Of a DNA stretch of 36,898 nt, positions 24,548 to 34,087 are shown piece by piece. Location: IMG/VR virus record IMGVR_UViG_3300038608_000010, positions 1 through 36,898 of that record, one strand, 5' to 3'. The notes below the pieces were generated by a model that did no database searches, had not been told where the DNA came from, and worked only from the letters and a program-made list of their open reading frames with translations. The DNA comes from a virus. Taxonomy: Duplodnaviria; Caudoviricetes. A program made the position numbers and the translations under genes. The first letter of the stretch is position 1. The number at the start of each line of letters is the position of its first letter.

Positions 24548-26605
24548 TCAGATCGGCGCCGTCACCGCCGATGCCTGTCGTCCTGACGGCAGCGTGATCG
24601 TGGTTTGCGTGGCCTGAGCAGACTGCTGCAGGAGCGTGGAAATCCCTTGTGTCGCGGCGTTGATGGCCTGGGCCTGATCCAGGATGCTGATCTGCTGCAT
24701 CAGCGCCTGCAGCTGGGTGGTGAACTGCTGCAGCTGCTGCGCCTGCTGCTCGGCCGCCTGCTGCACGGTCGCAATCGCCTGCTGGCTTGCGGCTTCGATG
24801 CTTTGGATGATCGCGGTCGGATCGGGCATCGGCGGCAGCGCCTCGGGCGGGATCGCTTCCGGAGGAAGCATTCCGGCTTCCGGCGGCATGGGAGGCTGAC
24901 CAACTGGCGCGCTCGGACCAGCCATCGGCATCCCCGGCGCCATCGGCGTGCCCCGCATGCGCTCCAGAATCTTCTGCTTGTTGCGCAGGTTCGAGGCTTC
25001 CAGAACGATATCGAACGGGATGCCCGAAGGGTTGACCGGCGTCTGCGGGTTGGCCTGATAGGCCTGCGTCAGCAGCTCGAATTCCTCCTGCTGAATGCTG
25101 ACGGTATCCGGAACATCTTCGAGGATGATGTCTACGTCCATCTTCGAGATGTCGTTCTTGGTGCCCACCACCTGCTGCATGCGCGGATCGGACTGCACCT
25201 GCATAGCCAGCTGCTGCAGCTGTTCCGGCGGCATGCCCTGCTGCTGGGCTTGCTGCAGCATCGCCTCACCAGCAGTGAGCGGCTGGTTCAGCCCCACGAA
25301 GCGCGCATTGCGCTCATCGTCGGTGATCCTGACCCACCGCTCTGCGGTCCAGTATTGCTTGATGCGATACCAGATTTGCCGGTAGACCGCGCGCTGCCAC
25401 TGGCGAATGGCATCGAGCACCGGCCCGAGTTCCACCAGGCCGCCCTGCTGCCGCGCCATCAACGCCCGCCCGGATTCCTTCTGCTCGGCCTTGCCGGTCA
25501 GCGCCGCATTGGCGCCAACCGCGTCAATCTCCTGCTTGGCTTCCTGCAACAGCTGGAACTGCGCCGCCGCCATGTCGCCCGTCGGCAAGACGTTGAATTC
25601 CATTCCCGGCGTGGTTTCCACCCAGCCATCCGGCTTGGCTAGCTCCCGTTTGGCCTTGTTGACATCATCCACCGCGCCGCGTTCGGCCTGAATCTGCCGG
25701 CTGGAAATCAGGTGCAGGGCCTTGGATCGGCGCTTGTTGATCTCGTCCTGCGGACCGACGTACTGCCTCACCACGCCGTAGCGTTGGTTCTCGCGGTCCA
25801 CATAGCAGGACATGGCGACGATGGGATTGGTCGGCTCGCCGTCGTCGTCCAGATACGCCGAAGGAGCGGGCTCTTTGATGAACCCCGCTTTGGTGTAGAC
25901 GCAGTGATACCAAACCCCGCCCTTGCGGTAGTAGGTCTCGCAGAACTTTACCCGCTTGCGCTTGGTGTCGATCCACCGCGACGGCTTGTCGCCGTAGGTC
26001 TGCTTGGTCTCGTAGTCGTGGATCGCGCCTTCGATCAGCTCCTTGGCGCCCGGATAGAGCGCGTCGGCTTCGTCGGCGTCCATCCATACCACGATGCCCA
26101 TGTACTTCGCATCGGAAAAACTGCGCTCCTTGCTGTGCGGATCGAAGAACAATCGATCCCAGGCGATCCGCCGCAGGGTCACGTCGAGCTTCTTGTTGAC
26201 TTCAACGATGCAGGCGCCCGCGCCTTCGATCCAGATGTTTTCCGCCACATCGGAGCGGATTTCCGGGAACATCTGGTCGTCGCAGACATACTGGATGGCA
26301 TCGGACGCGGCTTTCGCCGCTTCGTCGTCCATCGGCGTGCGCGGATACGCGCGGGGATCAGTGCGGCTTGTGCGCTCCGTGCCCAGCAGGAAATCGATCT
26401 TCGGCTTGATGCGGTTGATCGTGATCGCCGGCTGGCCGCGCTTCTTCAGCGTCTCGACTTCCCCGGCGGTCCACTGCTTGTTGTCGTAGTAATCGCGATC
26501 GCGCTCCGACTGCTGGCGGGCATCGAGGGTCGCGTCGTCGGCGTCCTCGAACCAGCGCACCACCGTGGACAACATGTCGTCGTTTTCGGTCACGCTACCT
26601 TCCAA
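24548..26605 (-). CDS. portal protein (P22-like)
   Basis: DRDYYDNKQW, TINRIKPKID, YGVVRQYVGPQDEINKRRSK and SGRALMARQQGG motifs. Confidence 0.9.
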   Translation of the reverse strand: MEGSVTENDDMLSTVVRWFEDADDATLDARQQSERDRDYYDNKQWTAGEVETLKKRGQPAITINRIKPKIDFLLGTERTSRTDPRAYPRTPMDDEAAKAASDAIQYVCDDQMFPEIRSDVAENIWIEGAGACIVEVNKKLDVTLRRIAWDRLFFDPHSKERSFSDAKYMGIVVWMDADEADALYPGAKELIEGAIHDYETKQTYGDKPSRWIDTKRKRVKFCETYYRKGGVWYHCVYTKAGFIKEPAPSAYLDDDGEPTNPIVAMSCYVDRENQRYGVVRQYVGPQDEINKRRSKALHLISSRQIQAERGAVDDVNKAKRELAKPDGWVETTPGMEFNVLPTGDMAAAQFQLLQEAKQEIDAVGANAALTGKAEQKESGRALMARQQGGLVELGPVLDAIRQWQRAVYRQIWYRIKQYWTAERWVRITDDERNARFVGLNQPLTAGEAMLQQAQQQGMPPEQLQQLAMQVQSDPRMQQVVGTKNDISKMDVDIILEDVPDTVSIQQEEFELLTQAYQANPQTPVNPSGIPFDIVLEASNLRNKQKILERMRGTPMAPGMPMAGPSAPVGQPPMPPEAGMLPPEAIPPEALPPMPDPTAIIQSIEAASQQAIATVQQAAEQQAQQLQQFTTQLQALMQQISILDQAQAINAATQGISTLLQQSAQATQTTITLPSGRQASAVTAPI

Positions 26606-28035
26606 TTCGTGTCATCGTCGTCCGCGTAAGCCAAGGCCCAGCGGTCGCGCTTCGGCGTCTCGCCTTGCGGCGGCAAGATGCCTGGGTGAGCCTGATCCAG
26701 GGCCAGGGCAATTAGGGAACACATGTCCACCGTGTGATCATTCGGGCTGGCGGGGAACTTGAGCAGATCAGTCAGCACCCGCTGTCCATAGTCGTTGTCC
26801 GGCAACCAGACGCGGCCCATCGAGGCCATGCCCTGCAGGGCCCTCGCTCTCGCGGCTTTGTCATTGATCGGGGCCAGCCACTCGCAGCGTCCATGCACGT
26901 TGCGTTCGCGTCTGCGGCGGATCAAGAACGGCTCGATGGCCCTGCGGATGACGCCAGCTTCGTTGAACTCGCACATGGTCTTGTGCCGCGCGACGAGGGT
27001 CAGATATTCATCGATCCACACATCCGCCGACTTCTGCCCGCCCCAGCCGTCGAGGCATAGGTAGAGATCGCCCTTGTGGTCCACGCCATGGATGCCGATT
27101 TCCGTCGCATCGCCATCCTCGGTGACTCCAAAATCGGAGGACAGATACTTATTGCAGTGCTTCGGCGCATCCTTGTAGAACTTGAACCATTCCCGCTGGA
27201 AGAATGTGCCATCGTCCGGCGTCGGCTTCTGCAGATACAGCGCCGACCACTTGCGGGTCGGGGTGTTGGCCTTGATACGCTCCAGGGCCGGCCGGTCATA
27301 GCGTTCCGGCCACGGAGGGTCATCCAGCAGGGCCGGCAGTTCCACCACTTCCCAGGTATCACCACCGGCAGACTGTTGCTGAAGTAAGCGCCCGACTAAA
27401 TCCTGCTCATGCATCCGATGTTGGATGACGATGATCGGACTTCCGGGGCGCATGCGGTTGTAAAACGTGCCGGTGTACCAGTCCCAGACCTTGTTCCGCG
27501 TGGTCTCGGACTGCGCGTCTTCCCAGGTGGCAAATGGGTCATCGATGATGCCCAGATCACCGCCTCGACCCATCAGGGCACCGCCAATACCCACCGCGTA
27601 ATAGCCGCCGCCGTGGCTGGTATTCCAACGGCCCTTGGCCTGCGAGTCCTCCGCCAGGCTGGTGTCCGGGAACAGGTTGCGGTATTCGGTGGAGGCGATG
27701 CAGTTGCGGACTTCACGGCCGAATTCCTCGGCAAGACTCGCCGTGGCACTTGCCGAGATCACATCGATATGAGGCAGTTGCCCTAGCGTATACGCCGGAA
27801 GCCGCTTGCTGGCACAGGTGCTCTTGCCATGCTGCGGGGGGCACAACAGCATCAGGCGATCAATCTCGCGCCGCATCACGCGGTCGAGCTGTTCGCAGAT
27901 GACCTTGTGAATCTTGCCCGGGCTCCACCGAGGCGTGGTGTACTCAGTGAACTGCTGGAGCTTCCGTCTCGCCGCTCTCCGCTTCAGCAGCTCCTGCGCT
28001 GCGTCCTGTGGCGATACTGGCAAGCTCTCCGTCAC
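26590..28035 (-). CDS. terL: terminase large subunit
   Basis: Walker A PPQHGKS, Walker B IIDDP, RMHEQDLVG, and nuclease-domain FP...DHTVD. Confidence 0.92.
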   Translation of the reverse strand: MTESLPVSPQDAAQELLKRRAARRKLQQFTEYTTPRWSPGKIHKVICEQLDRVMRREIDRLMLLCPPQHGKSTCASKRLPAYTLGQLPHIDVISASATASLAEEFGREVRNCIASTEYRNLFPDTSLAEDSQAKGRWNTSHGGGYYAVGIGGALMGRGGDLGIIDDPFATWEDAQSETTRNKVWDWYTGTFYNRMRPGSPIIVIQHRMHEQDLVGRLLQQQSAGGDTWEVVELPALLDDPPWPERYDRPALERIKANTPTRKWSALYLQKPTPDDGTFFQREWFKFYKDAPKHCNKYLSSDFGVTEDGDATEIGIHGVDHKGDLYLCLDGWGGQKSADVWIDEYLTLVARHKTMCEFNEAGVIRRAIEPFLIRRRRERNVHGRCEWLAPINDKAARARALQGMASMGRVWLPDNDYGQRVLTDLLKFPASPNDHTVDMCSLIALALDQAHPGILPPQGETPKRDRWALAYADDDDTNWKVA

Positions 28036-28285
28036 TGAGGGTTTCCGCCGTTACATGTTCGGTGATGTGCTGGTCCACGGTCTGGACCGGCTTGCCATCC
28101 AAGCGGTCGGCAATCTCGCGCCACGCCTGCTGGTCGCCGTCCTGTGCGGCTTGAACCACTTTGTCCGCTATCAGGTTCAGCCCATCCGCAAGTGATCCAT
28201 TGCCAGCTCTGGATAGAGCCCTTTTAAGTGCGCTCTCCCAATGTCTGGGCTTGGCGGCGTAGCGATTTCCTTTCGGGGCGGCCAT
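27944..28285 (-). CDS. terminase small subunit (probable)
   Basis: MAAPKGNRYA N-terminus; DRLDGKPVQ; directly upstream of terL. Confidence 0.7.
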   Translation of the reverse strand: MAAPKGNRYAAKPRHWESALKRALSRAGNGSLADGLNLIADKVVQAAQDGDQQAWREIADRLDGKPVQTVDQHITEHVTAETLSDGELASIATGRSAGAAEAESGETEAPAVH

Positions 28286-28327
28286 GTGAAGATTACTTCA
28301 TCTAATCCGTTGATTGTAGACAGTTGG

Positions 28328-28543
28328 CTACCGCAGGCCCATGTTCTGCTTGGCCAGCCGTTTTATCCGGCTATCCGAGTAGTCCGGGCAGTCCGATTTC
28401 ATCACCACACCCTCCCACCACGGGTTGAATAGCGGGTGCTTGAGGTCATACTCGAACTCCCCGTCTTTCCGATTGTGGCGGGCGGATTCGATGCCTTGGC
28501 TGATGGCACGATCAATTAGCCAACTGGGGACGTAGGTCTTCAT
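28328..28543 (-). CDS. hypothetical protein
   Basis: ATGA-coupled to the upstream gene. Confidence 0.5.
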   Translation of the reverse strand: MKTYVPSWLIDRAISQGIESARHNRKDGEFEYDLKHPLFNPWWEGVVMKSDCPDYSDSRIKRLAKQNMGLR

Positions 28544-28893
28544 GACGGGTAATCGGTCGGGTTGCCGTCCACTTCGGGGTCGATGACCTTCACTCGGAAT
28601 TTCCTGACCAGCTTCTCGCCATTGCTCAGGGTCACTTGGTTCTTGAGCATCGATTCACCTTCATCAGCGGCGGTGCAGGTGATGCCCGTCACTCCAGCTG
28701 AATTGGTGCTGCTCGCGGCGGTGATGGCGGTGTTCTCGGCGGTCCATGTGGAACTGCTGACGGTCAGGCTGCTATTGAGGTAGGCATTCCAGTCGATGGA
28801 CAGGAGCGCCACTTCGTTCAGCACCATCGTCAGCGGCTTGATCCGCAGGCTGTTCTGTTTGTTGACGTAGAGGGTGCGGGGGGCGTGGCTCAT
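28540..28893 (-). CDS. small beta-sandwich virion/adaptor-like protein
   Basis: SIDWNAYL...SSSTWT...NQVTLSNGEKLVR pattern. Confidence 0.6.
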   Translation of the reverse strand: MSHAPRTLYVNKQNSLRIKPLTMVLNEVALLSIDWNAYLNSSLTVSSSTWTAENTAITAASSTNSAGVTGITCTAADEGESMLKNQVTLSNGEKLVRKFRVKVIDPEVDGNPTDYPS

Positions 28894-28985
28894 ATGCCTC
28901 GCATCCAGGTATGGAGGAGGTAGTGGCCGGCGCTGTAGACGAGAACGATGCTGACGCCGACGCCGATGAGGATTCCGGTCATCAT
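28890..28985 (-). CDS. small membrane peptide
   Basis: GGAGG RBS; MMTGILIGVGVSIVLVYS...; ATGA overlaps. Confidence 0.45.
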   Translation of the reverse strand: MMTGILIGVGVSIVLVYSAGHYLLHTWMRGI

Positions 28986-29152
28986 GCGGCCTCCAACTCG
29001 TCGGCGAAGAAGTAGTCGGTCTTGGCCTCGGCGTTGTCGAAATACCGGACTTGATACTCCGTCGCCTGCATGCCGGTGAAGATGCCGATGATCCGGCCTT
29101 TGCGTTCCAGAGGTCGGATATACACGTGAATCCCGAGAGCTAACTCGGTCAT
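28982..29152 (-). CDS. small hypothetical protein
   Basis: MTELALGIHVYIRPLERKGRIIGI...YQVRYF...ELEAA*; not in the ORF track. Confidence 0.55.
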   Translation of the reverse strand: MTELALGIHVYIRPLERKGRIIGIFTGMQATEYQVRYFDNAEAKTDYFFADELEAA

Positions 29153-29182
29153 GGCAGTCCGATCACGCCCATGGTCGCCTCC

Positions 29183-29210
29183 AAAAACAAACCCCTCGCG
29201 GGGAGGGGTC
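29183..29210 (-). terminator. probable intrinsic terminator ahead of the late genes
   Basis: - strand GACCCCTCCCCGCGAGGGGTTTGTTTTT. Confidence 0.55.
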
Positions 29211-29318
29211 TAAAGGTGCCGAGTCGCACGGCGCCGGTAGGGGGAGACTACTGGCCTTTGGGGTCATTCGGCGGCAAGCCGCACGATGCATTCAGGATAT
29301 CGTGCATTATTCACGTCG

Positions 29319-29762
29319 TCAAGCGGCAACGAGACGCAGGACGCTGGTCCCGAGTTCCCGATTCACCCCTTTGACAATGCAAGGGTTTCGGACCATGCGG
29401 GTATGCAGAGCAAGTTCGGCGCGCTGGTAGATGCGGCTGATGGTGGGCTGCGACATGCCCATACGATTTGCGATGGTGGCCTGCCCGTCCCCGAGAGCAA
29501 GCTGCGCCAGGATATGCGGCTGTGGTTGCGGTAGGTCTAGGATTATCTGATGCAGGCTGGCAGGGTAATCGTGTCCCATGCGTTCCGAGAGCAGGAGGCC
29601 GGACAGGATGCGGTCGGCATATTCCGTGTTGCCCCGGATCGCGCGCCCCGGCTCGTGGGTGGCGCCGCCGGGACTGGTCAAGTGCATCTTGATCAGCCAG
29701 TTGATCCACGCCTGCAGCGCCGCGTTCACCGCTTCCCGCATCGTGACCCGTCGCATACGCAC
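29319..29762 (-). CDS. HTH transcription regulator (sigma region 4 / Q-like late regulator)
   Basis: QATIANRMGMSQPTISRIYQRA HTH; position just upstream of the late genes. Confidence 0.65.
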   Translation of the reverse strand: MRMRRVTMREAVNAALQAWINWLIKMHLTSPGGATHEPGRAIRGNTEYADRILSGLLLSERMGHDYPASLHQIILDLPQPQPHILAQLALGDGQATIANRMGMSQPTISRIYQRAELALHTRMVRNPCIVKGVNRELGTSVLRLVAA

Positions 29763-29954
29763 CCCAGCAAGGACCGTTCCTGTATGTTAGCACAAGCTGT
29801 ATGTAGTGCGATGGCTTCCTGCTACTACATGTTGATTCCGGGCGTTCTGCGCGAACCGGCATTTACGCTGCAATGCCGGCCCATCCGGCAAACAACATTC
29901 TACGCTAATTCAGCTGTTTGCGCTCTTTCACACCTGCGCGCCTAAAGTTTACTG

Positions 29955-29983
29955 TTGCGGAATTCCACAGCCATTGCTAGGAT
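29955..29983 (+). promoter_or_regulatory. sigma70-type promoter of an antisense insert
   Basis: TTGCGG, 17 bp, TAGGAT; followed by GGAGG and ATG 30009. Confidence 0.65.
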
Positions 29984-30008
29984 TCACTCATCAACAACGG
30001 AGGCGGCC

Positions 30009-30203
30009 ATGAACGAGAACCAGAAGGCGCGGATTGTGGAGCTGGCGCAGCAGTGCGTCTCGTTCCATATGACCCTCGAAAGCGTCCTCGACGACGAAGA
30101 TTACTGCTTCACCTTCCGTGCGCTGACCGACGCTTCGGCCGAAGCCTTCCGCATCGCGCGGGAGACCGTGTCTGACCAGGCGCTGAGCGCGGCGCAGCTG
30201 TGA
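30009..30203 (+). CDS. hypothetical protein (antisense moron)
   Basis: Promoter plus GGAGG RBS; MNENQKARIVELAQQ... Confidence 0.65.
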   Translation: MNENQKARIVELAQQCVSFHMTLESVLDDEDYCFTFRALTDASAEAFRIARETVSDQALSAAQL

Positions 30204-30370
30204 CCCCCATACCAACAGGCGGCGCCCCGATGCCGCCAATCGACAGTGGTTCCATCCGTTCAATTGGAGGAATCGCATGTTTCTGCCCTACTGGTTGGCC
30301 CACTATGAATACCGTCACGTCGGCTGTCGCTGCAAGCGGTTCCTGGTCCTGTTCGGATTCTGGGTGCGCC

Positions 30371-30637
30371 ATGCCTGATCCCGACAAGATCGCTGCGGAC
30401 CGGGCTCGCGCTGCCGCTGAAGCCCGCGAACTGAAGCTGTGCCGGCTTTGTCAGGAGGAAATTGATGATCCTTCCCTGTTCGGCCCTGCCTTGGCCATAT
30501 TGATGGCCGTCCTGTTTGGTGCCGGGATTTCCTACTACTTCGGAGCGCCACCATCATCGCTGGGCTCAATCCGTTGCGGCTTGCCTGTCCACTGCCGCTC
30601 CAAGTCCTCGCGCCTGCACATGGCTCGGCCTGGGTGA
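30371..30637 (+). CDS. possible small membrane protein
   Basis: MPDPDKIAADRARAAAE...CRLC followed by a hydrophobic segment; start uncertain (30200 or 30371). Confidence 0.4.
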   Translation: MPDPDKIAADRARAAAEARELKLCRLCQEEIDDPSLFGPALAILMAVLFGAGISYYFGAPPSSLGSIRCGLPVHCRSKSSRLHMARPG

Positions 30638-30659
30638 TGCTGGCTGCATTGTGGGCACG

Positions 30660-31016
30660 TCATGTGCTATATGGTCTCACACTGACCGGCCAGCCATCGA
30701 TGCCAACCGGCTGGAGGGCGCGACCTGACTTCTCCATCGCTTGCTTGTAGGAGTCGTGGCAGGTCTTGCAGAGGGACTGGAATGGGCCGGACCAGAACAG
30801 GTGCTCATCCCCTCGATGCGGGGTGACGTGGTCGCAGATGGTAGCGGCTACGGTCTGTCCAACCTGGCGATGCATGCGGCAGAGGGGTTCATCGCGGAGT
30901 TGCTTGGCCCTGAGCTTGTGCCAGCGAGCCAAGCTGTACCAGGCTTTCCAGTAGGGAGGCTCATGGGGTGAGCCTTTGACGAATTGACCGGCCTTCGTCG
31001 GTCTCCGGCCGGTCAT
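30660..31016 (-). CDS. HNH endonuclease (phage packaging-associated type)
   Basis: WHKLRAKQLRDEPLC...ATICDHVTPHRGD...QSLCKTCHD. Confidence 0.9.
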   Translation of the reverse strand: MTGRRPTKAGQFVKGSPHEPPYWKAWYSLARWHKLRAKQLRDEPLCRMHRQVGQTVAATICDHVTPHRGDEHLFWSGPFQSLCKTCHDSYKQAMEKSGRALQPVGIDGWPVSVRPYST

Positions 31017-31149
31017 TCCGTTCTACTCCCTAGGCTTCGAGCGTCCTCGATGTAGGGATTGTCACAATGAGCGTGTGGATTTGTCAACAGTTGTGCGGCC
31101 GTGCAAAGTGCCGCTTACGATTATGCGGCGTATGTGCTGATGCTCAGAG

Positions 31150-31530
31150 GTCTTGGGAGACTTGGCCCATACCGATTTCGTTGAGAGCGGCCGGCGGTCA
31201 GAAGCACCGGCACTCGTTATCGCCTTCCGCTACGCAGTAGGGGAGCCATCGCTGGGGCCTATATGCCATTGCCCTGCGCTCTCAAGTCTAGCGGCTGGTC
31301 TACGCTTCACTTCGCCTTTCGGCCGCGGCTGCCTTTCTTGGCAGAACCAAGGGGCTCACGTGCAGCCAACCGCCAGACTTCAAAGCAGGCCGGCCCCCGA
31401 CAAAGCAGTGCCCGACCTCAGAGGCGCCCGTCTTTCCGGGCTGTCATTCGAGGTTATCCTTCACATGGGCGTCCGTACTGGTCCACCGCTTTCGCGGCCC
31501 CCACGGCATGCCTACTCGAAACCACGCCTG
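31150..31530 (-). ncRNA. candidate structured non-coding RNA
   Basis: No credible ORF; long helices with G-U pairs on the - strand and GAAA-capped hairpins (see findings). Confidence 0.45.
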
Positions 31531-31540
31531 CACTAATAGT

Positions 31541-31756
31541 TTATACCGGATGCGCCGGGAATTCATGCTCGATCAACTGCACCAGCATTTTCAGATGTTC
31601 GAGGTTGAGATTGCCGTCTACCCGAACGTAGGGTAGACCCCCCATCCAGGGTGCCGGCGGCTCAACGCTCGGGAGATCCGCAATGTCATCCCACGCCACC
31701 CATGCTTCGCAGTCGCCAAAGGATCCGCGGATTTCATCGTCGGTGTAGATTTTCAC
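31541..31756 (-). CDS. hypothetical protein
   Basis: GTGA overlap with the upstream gene. Confidence 0.55.
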   Translation of the reverse strand: MKIYTDDEIRGSFGDCEAWVAWDDIADLPSVEPPAPWMGGLPYVRVDGNLNLEHLKMLVQLIEHEFPAHPV

Positions 31757-31968
31757 TGGATGTCATCCGGCACTACGCCGCAGGCTTCATCGGCGCGCGC
31801 CCGTTGACTCCGGTCGATATAGAACTGCGTGTTACGCATCATTTCGTACAGCGCCATTGCCCCCTCCCGCTGGCGCTGCATCGCCGCCTGATAGTGGCTC
31901 TGATGCTCGGCTTTATAGCTGGCCAATCCTTGGCACGCCGCCCTTGCCACATCTTCAAATGCTGTCAC
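31753..31968 (-). CDS. hypothetical protein
   Basis: Coupled to both neighbours. Confidence 0.55.
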   Translation of the reverse strand: MTAFEDVARAACQGLASYKAEHQSHYQAAMQRQREGAMALYEMMRNTQFYIDRSQRARADEACGVVPDDIQ

Positions 31969-32366
31969 GTTGGATGCTCCAGTTTGGCGATTTCCACTTC
32001 AACCGCATAACCCTTCGCCTGCCGCTGCTCATAAAGCCAGCGGATGCGGCTATCCCCATCGTCAATGCCTAACTCCTGCGCGAGCTGGTCGCGGACCGCC
32101 TTGCAGCTCCCGGCGAGGTTGTCGCAATCCATGGTCCGCGGCCCGACGCGAGTCAGCAGCACCACCAGCGGCGGCTCTGGCAGCTTCTCCTGGCGCAGCT
32201 TGAGGATGGAGTAGGCCACCATCCAGCATTGCGCCGTGGCCCGCCGTTCGGCCTTCACGCGCTTGGCCCTAACGGACCAATGAATGCGCTCATTGAGGGC
32301 ACCATAGGTGCGAATCGGCACGGAGAACTGCAATTTAGCCGCCTTTTTGTCCAGTACGCTGGGCAT
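31965..32366 (-). CDS. RusA-like Holliday junction resolvase
   Basis: LNERIHW and MDCDNLAGSCKAVRDQLA...GIDDGD. Confidence 0.75.
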   Translation of the reverse strand: MPSVLDKKAAKLQFSVPIRTYGALNERIHWSVRAKRVKAERRATAQCWMVAYSILKLRQEKLPEPPLVVLLTRVGPRTMDCDNLAGSCKAVRDQLAQELGIDDGDSRIRWLYEQRQAKGYAVEVEIAKLEHPT

Positions 32367-32784
32367 TTTCCGGAAACTCCAGCCTCACCCCGCGCTTTCC
32401 GTACTCGGCCTGCATGTCCAGCAAGTATCTCTGGAACTGGTTGAAGTCCATCAAACTAGTCGTTGGCCAGAATTCCATAGCCATGAGCTTCTGCTGGTAG
32501 GTCAGCGGCTTGATGGCCGCATCGTAGGCGGCTCGGTATTGCGGGTCTTCAGCTCGCAGGATTGGGACGCCAAGCCTCAATTTACACTCGCAGCGCACGC
32601 CCAATGGGTTGTCCTCTTTCAGCTCGCGGGCGATCTGTTCGTACCACACGAACGAAAGTGCTGACTGATCCAGGGTCCGCTTCGCCTCGATCGTCACCAG
32701 CACGCAGCGGTGTTGCTCCCACTGGTCGTGCAGGGCCTGGACCGCTTCGCAGACGCGCTGCTCGCTGTTGACGAGGAGTTTCAC
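32335..32784 (-). CDS. NinB-like recombination protein
   Basis: KRTLDQSAL..VWYEQIA and TSLMDFNQFQRYL. Confidence 0.7.
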   Translation of the reverse strand: MKLLVNSEQRVCEAVQALHDQWEQHRCVLVTIEAKRTLDQSALSFVWYEQIARELKEDNPLGVRCECKLRLGVPILRAEDPQYRAAYDAAIKPLTYQQKLMAMEFWPTTSLMDFNQFQRYLLDMQAEYGKRGVRLEFPENAQRTGQKGG

Positions 32785-32939
32785 CGCCCCCTCCGTGCCA
32801 GCTCCTGCCGCGTCTCGGCCAGGATTCGCTCGGCAAGGTCCGCCTTGGCATGCTCGCCACGCTTGCGGTAGCCCATGATGCTACCTGGTAGGGTGCGGGC
32901 ATTGGTCAGGAGCACGGGCGGCAGCTTTTTGCGCATCAT
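32781..32939 (-). CDS. small basic hypothetical protein
   Basis: GGAGG RBS; MMRKKLPPVLL... Confidence 0.5.
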   Translation of the reverse strand: MMRKKLPPVLLTNARTLPGSIMGYRKRGEHAKADLAERILAETRQELARRGR

Positions 32940-33106
32940 GTCTGAGCCTCCAGCCGTGCCAGCGCGCTGCGCAGATACATCAGCTGATGCGTCGCCTCCG
33001 CTGCGGCCCGGCGGGCGTCTCGCTCCAGCCGCTTCATCTCGCTGATGCGGTCGCGGATGGCGCGGGCCTGGAGCCACTTCTGCAGCTGGCGGAGCTTGTG
33101 GATCAT
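32936..33106 (-). CDS. small coiled-coil hypothetical protein
   Basis: MIHKLRQLQKWLQARAIRD...; ATGA overlaps; not in the ORF track. Confidence 0.5.
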   Translation of the reverse strand: MIHKLRQLQKWLQARAIRDRISEMKRLERDARRAAAEATHQLMYLRSALARLEAQT

Positions 33107-33282
33107 GAAAGTTCCCCTTGCGGCGGCAGCATGGCCTCGATTTCCACCGCCAGCCGCTTTAGGTCTGCCGGGTTGTCGAAGTGCCAGTTTTGGCTGCTCA
33201 TGATCACCGTGGCCGAATCCAGCAACTCTAGTTCTAGAGTTCCGCCGTCTGGCTGTTCAAATGCTTTCCCGATAACCTTCAT
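33103..33282 (-). CDS. small hypothetical protein
   Basis: AGGAGG RBS; MKVIGKAFEQPDGG...; not in the ORF track. Confidence 0.55.
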   Translation of the reverse strand: MKVIGKAFEQPDGGTLELELLDSATVIMSSQNWHFDNPADLKRLAVEIEAMLPPQGELS

Positions 33283-33303
33283 GGTTCGTATCCTCCTGCC
33301 ATC

Positions 33304-33669
33304 TCATAAAACCCCCGAGTGTTGGATGAGTTTGCCAGACCGCTTGTACTTCCGGGTCGGCCGGTCCGTCGCAGCAAAATGCCACAGGTCCAGGCCGAGC
33401 CTCTTAGCGAATTCGTCCAGCATTTCCGCCTGAGTCCTGGTGTGCTTGGTCTCCCAGGTCTCATGCCCCGCGTGCAGATCGTCGTGACATTTTCGACACA
33501 GGGGGAAGACCAGCCAGTCCGACCGCTTGATCGCCTTCCCCGGCCCGAAGCCACGCTCCGTCATCGACTGGCCGATTCCGTGATGGGGGTCGGTCTGAAA
33601 TCCTCCGCAGGTCCAGCACGGATACGCCTTGACCTTTGCCCAATGGATACGCTTTTCCGTTGCGTTCAC
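33304..33669 (-). CDS. DUF968/Ref-like HNH-type zinc protein
   Basis: PCWTCG...DPHH...SDWLVFPLCRKCHDDLH. Confidence 0.75.
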   Translation of the reverse strand: MNATEKRIHWAKVKAYPCWTCGGFQTDPHHGIGQSMTERGFGPGKAIKRSDWLVFPLCRKCHDDLHAGHETWETKHTRTQAEMLDEFAKRLGLDLWHFAATDRPTRKYKRSGKLIQHSGVL

Positions 33670-33899
33670 CGATGCCCCCAGAAGTTTAACGGTCGCCCTT
33701 CTCTGGCGATTTCCAAGGCTCTCCGGTGCCGCTCTACCGCCCGCTGCTTCCTCGCTCGCTCCGCGCGGGCGGCCGCGGCCTCGTCTGGCGGAAGCTGCCG
33801 AACGTATTCCTCGAATGCCTCTTTCTCTGCAACAGCCTCCTGAAAGGCTTGCGCAAAGGCCGTCGCAGCGTTAATGGCTACAAATGCACCGAAGATCAT
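33666..33899 (-). CDS. hypothetical protein
   Basis: Coupled to both neighbours. Confidence 0.55.
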   Translation of the reverse strand: MIFGAFVAINAATAFAQAFQEAVAEKEAFEEYVRQLPPDEAAAARAERARKQRAVERHRRALEIAREGRPLNFWGHR

Positions 33900-34087
33900 A
33901 CTTCCCCCATCAGCTTCTGAAACCGCCGCCGCGTCGGCTGCCGTTGCTCACGGACGATCCGGTTCTCGACCACGAACACGCTGAAATCCCGGCAGGAGGT
34001 CTCCGACAGCTGGCAGCGGGTCTGCTGCTCGCAGCTGTCACATGGCGCTGGGCGGGAGAGAAACTGGCTGAAGGCTGAGCGGCTCAT
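33896..34087 (-). CDS. small Cys-rich protein
   Basis: PCDSC...RC....SCRDF; ATGA overlaps. Confidence 0.55.
   Translation of the reverse strand: MSRSAFSQFLSRPAPCDSCEQQTRCQLSETSCRDFSVFVVENRIVREQRQPTRRRFQKLMGEV

Noticed and set aside
31153-31536. + strand ORFs of 127 and 122 aa
   Set aside because: Weak starts, atypical composition and opposite to operon direction; RNA structure explains the region better.
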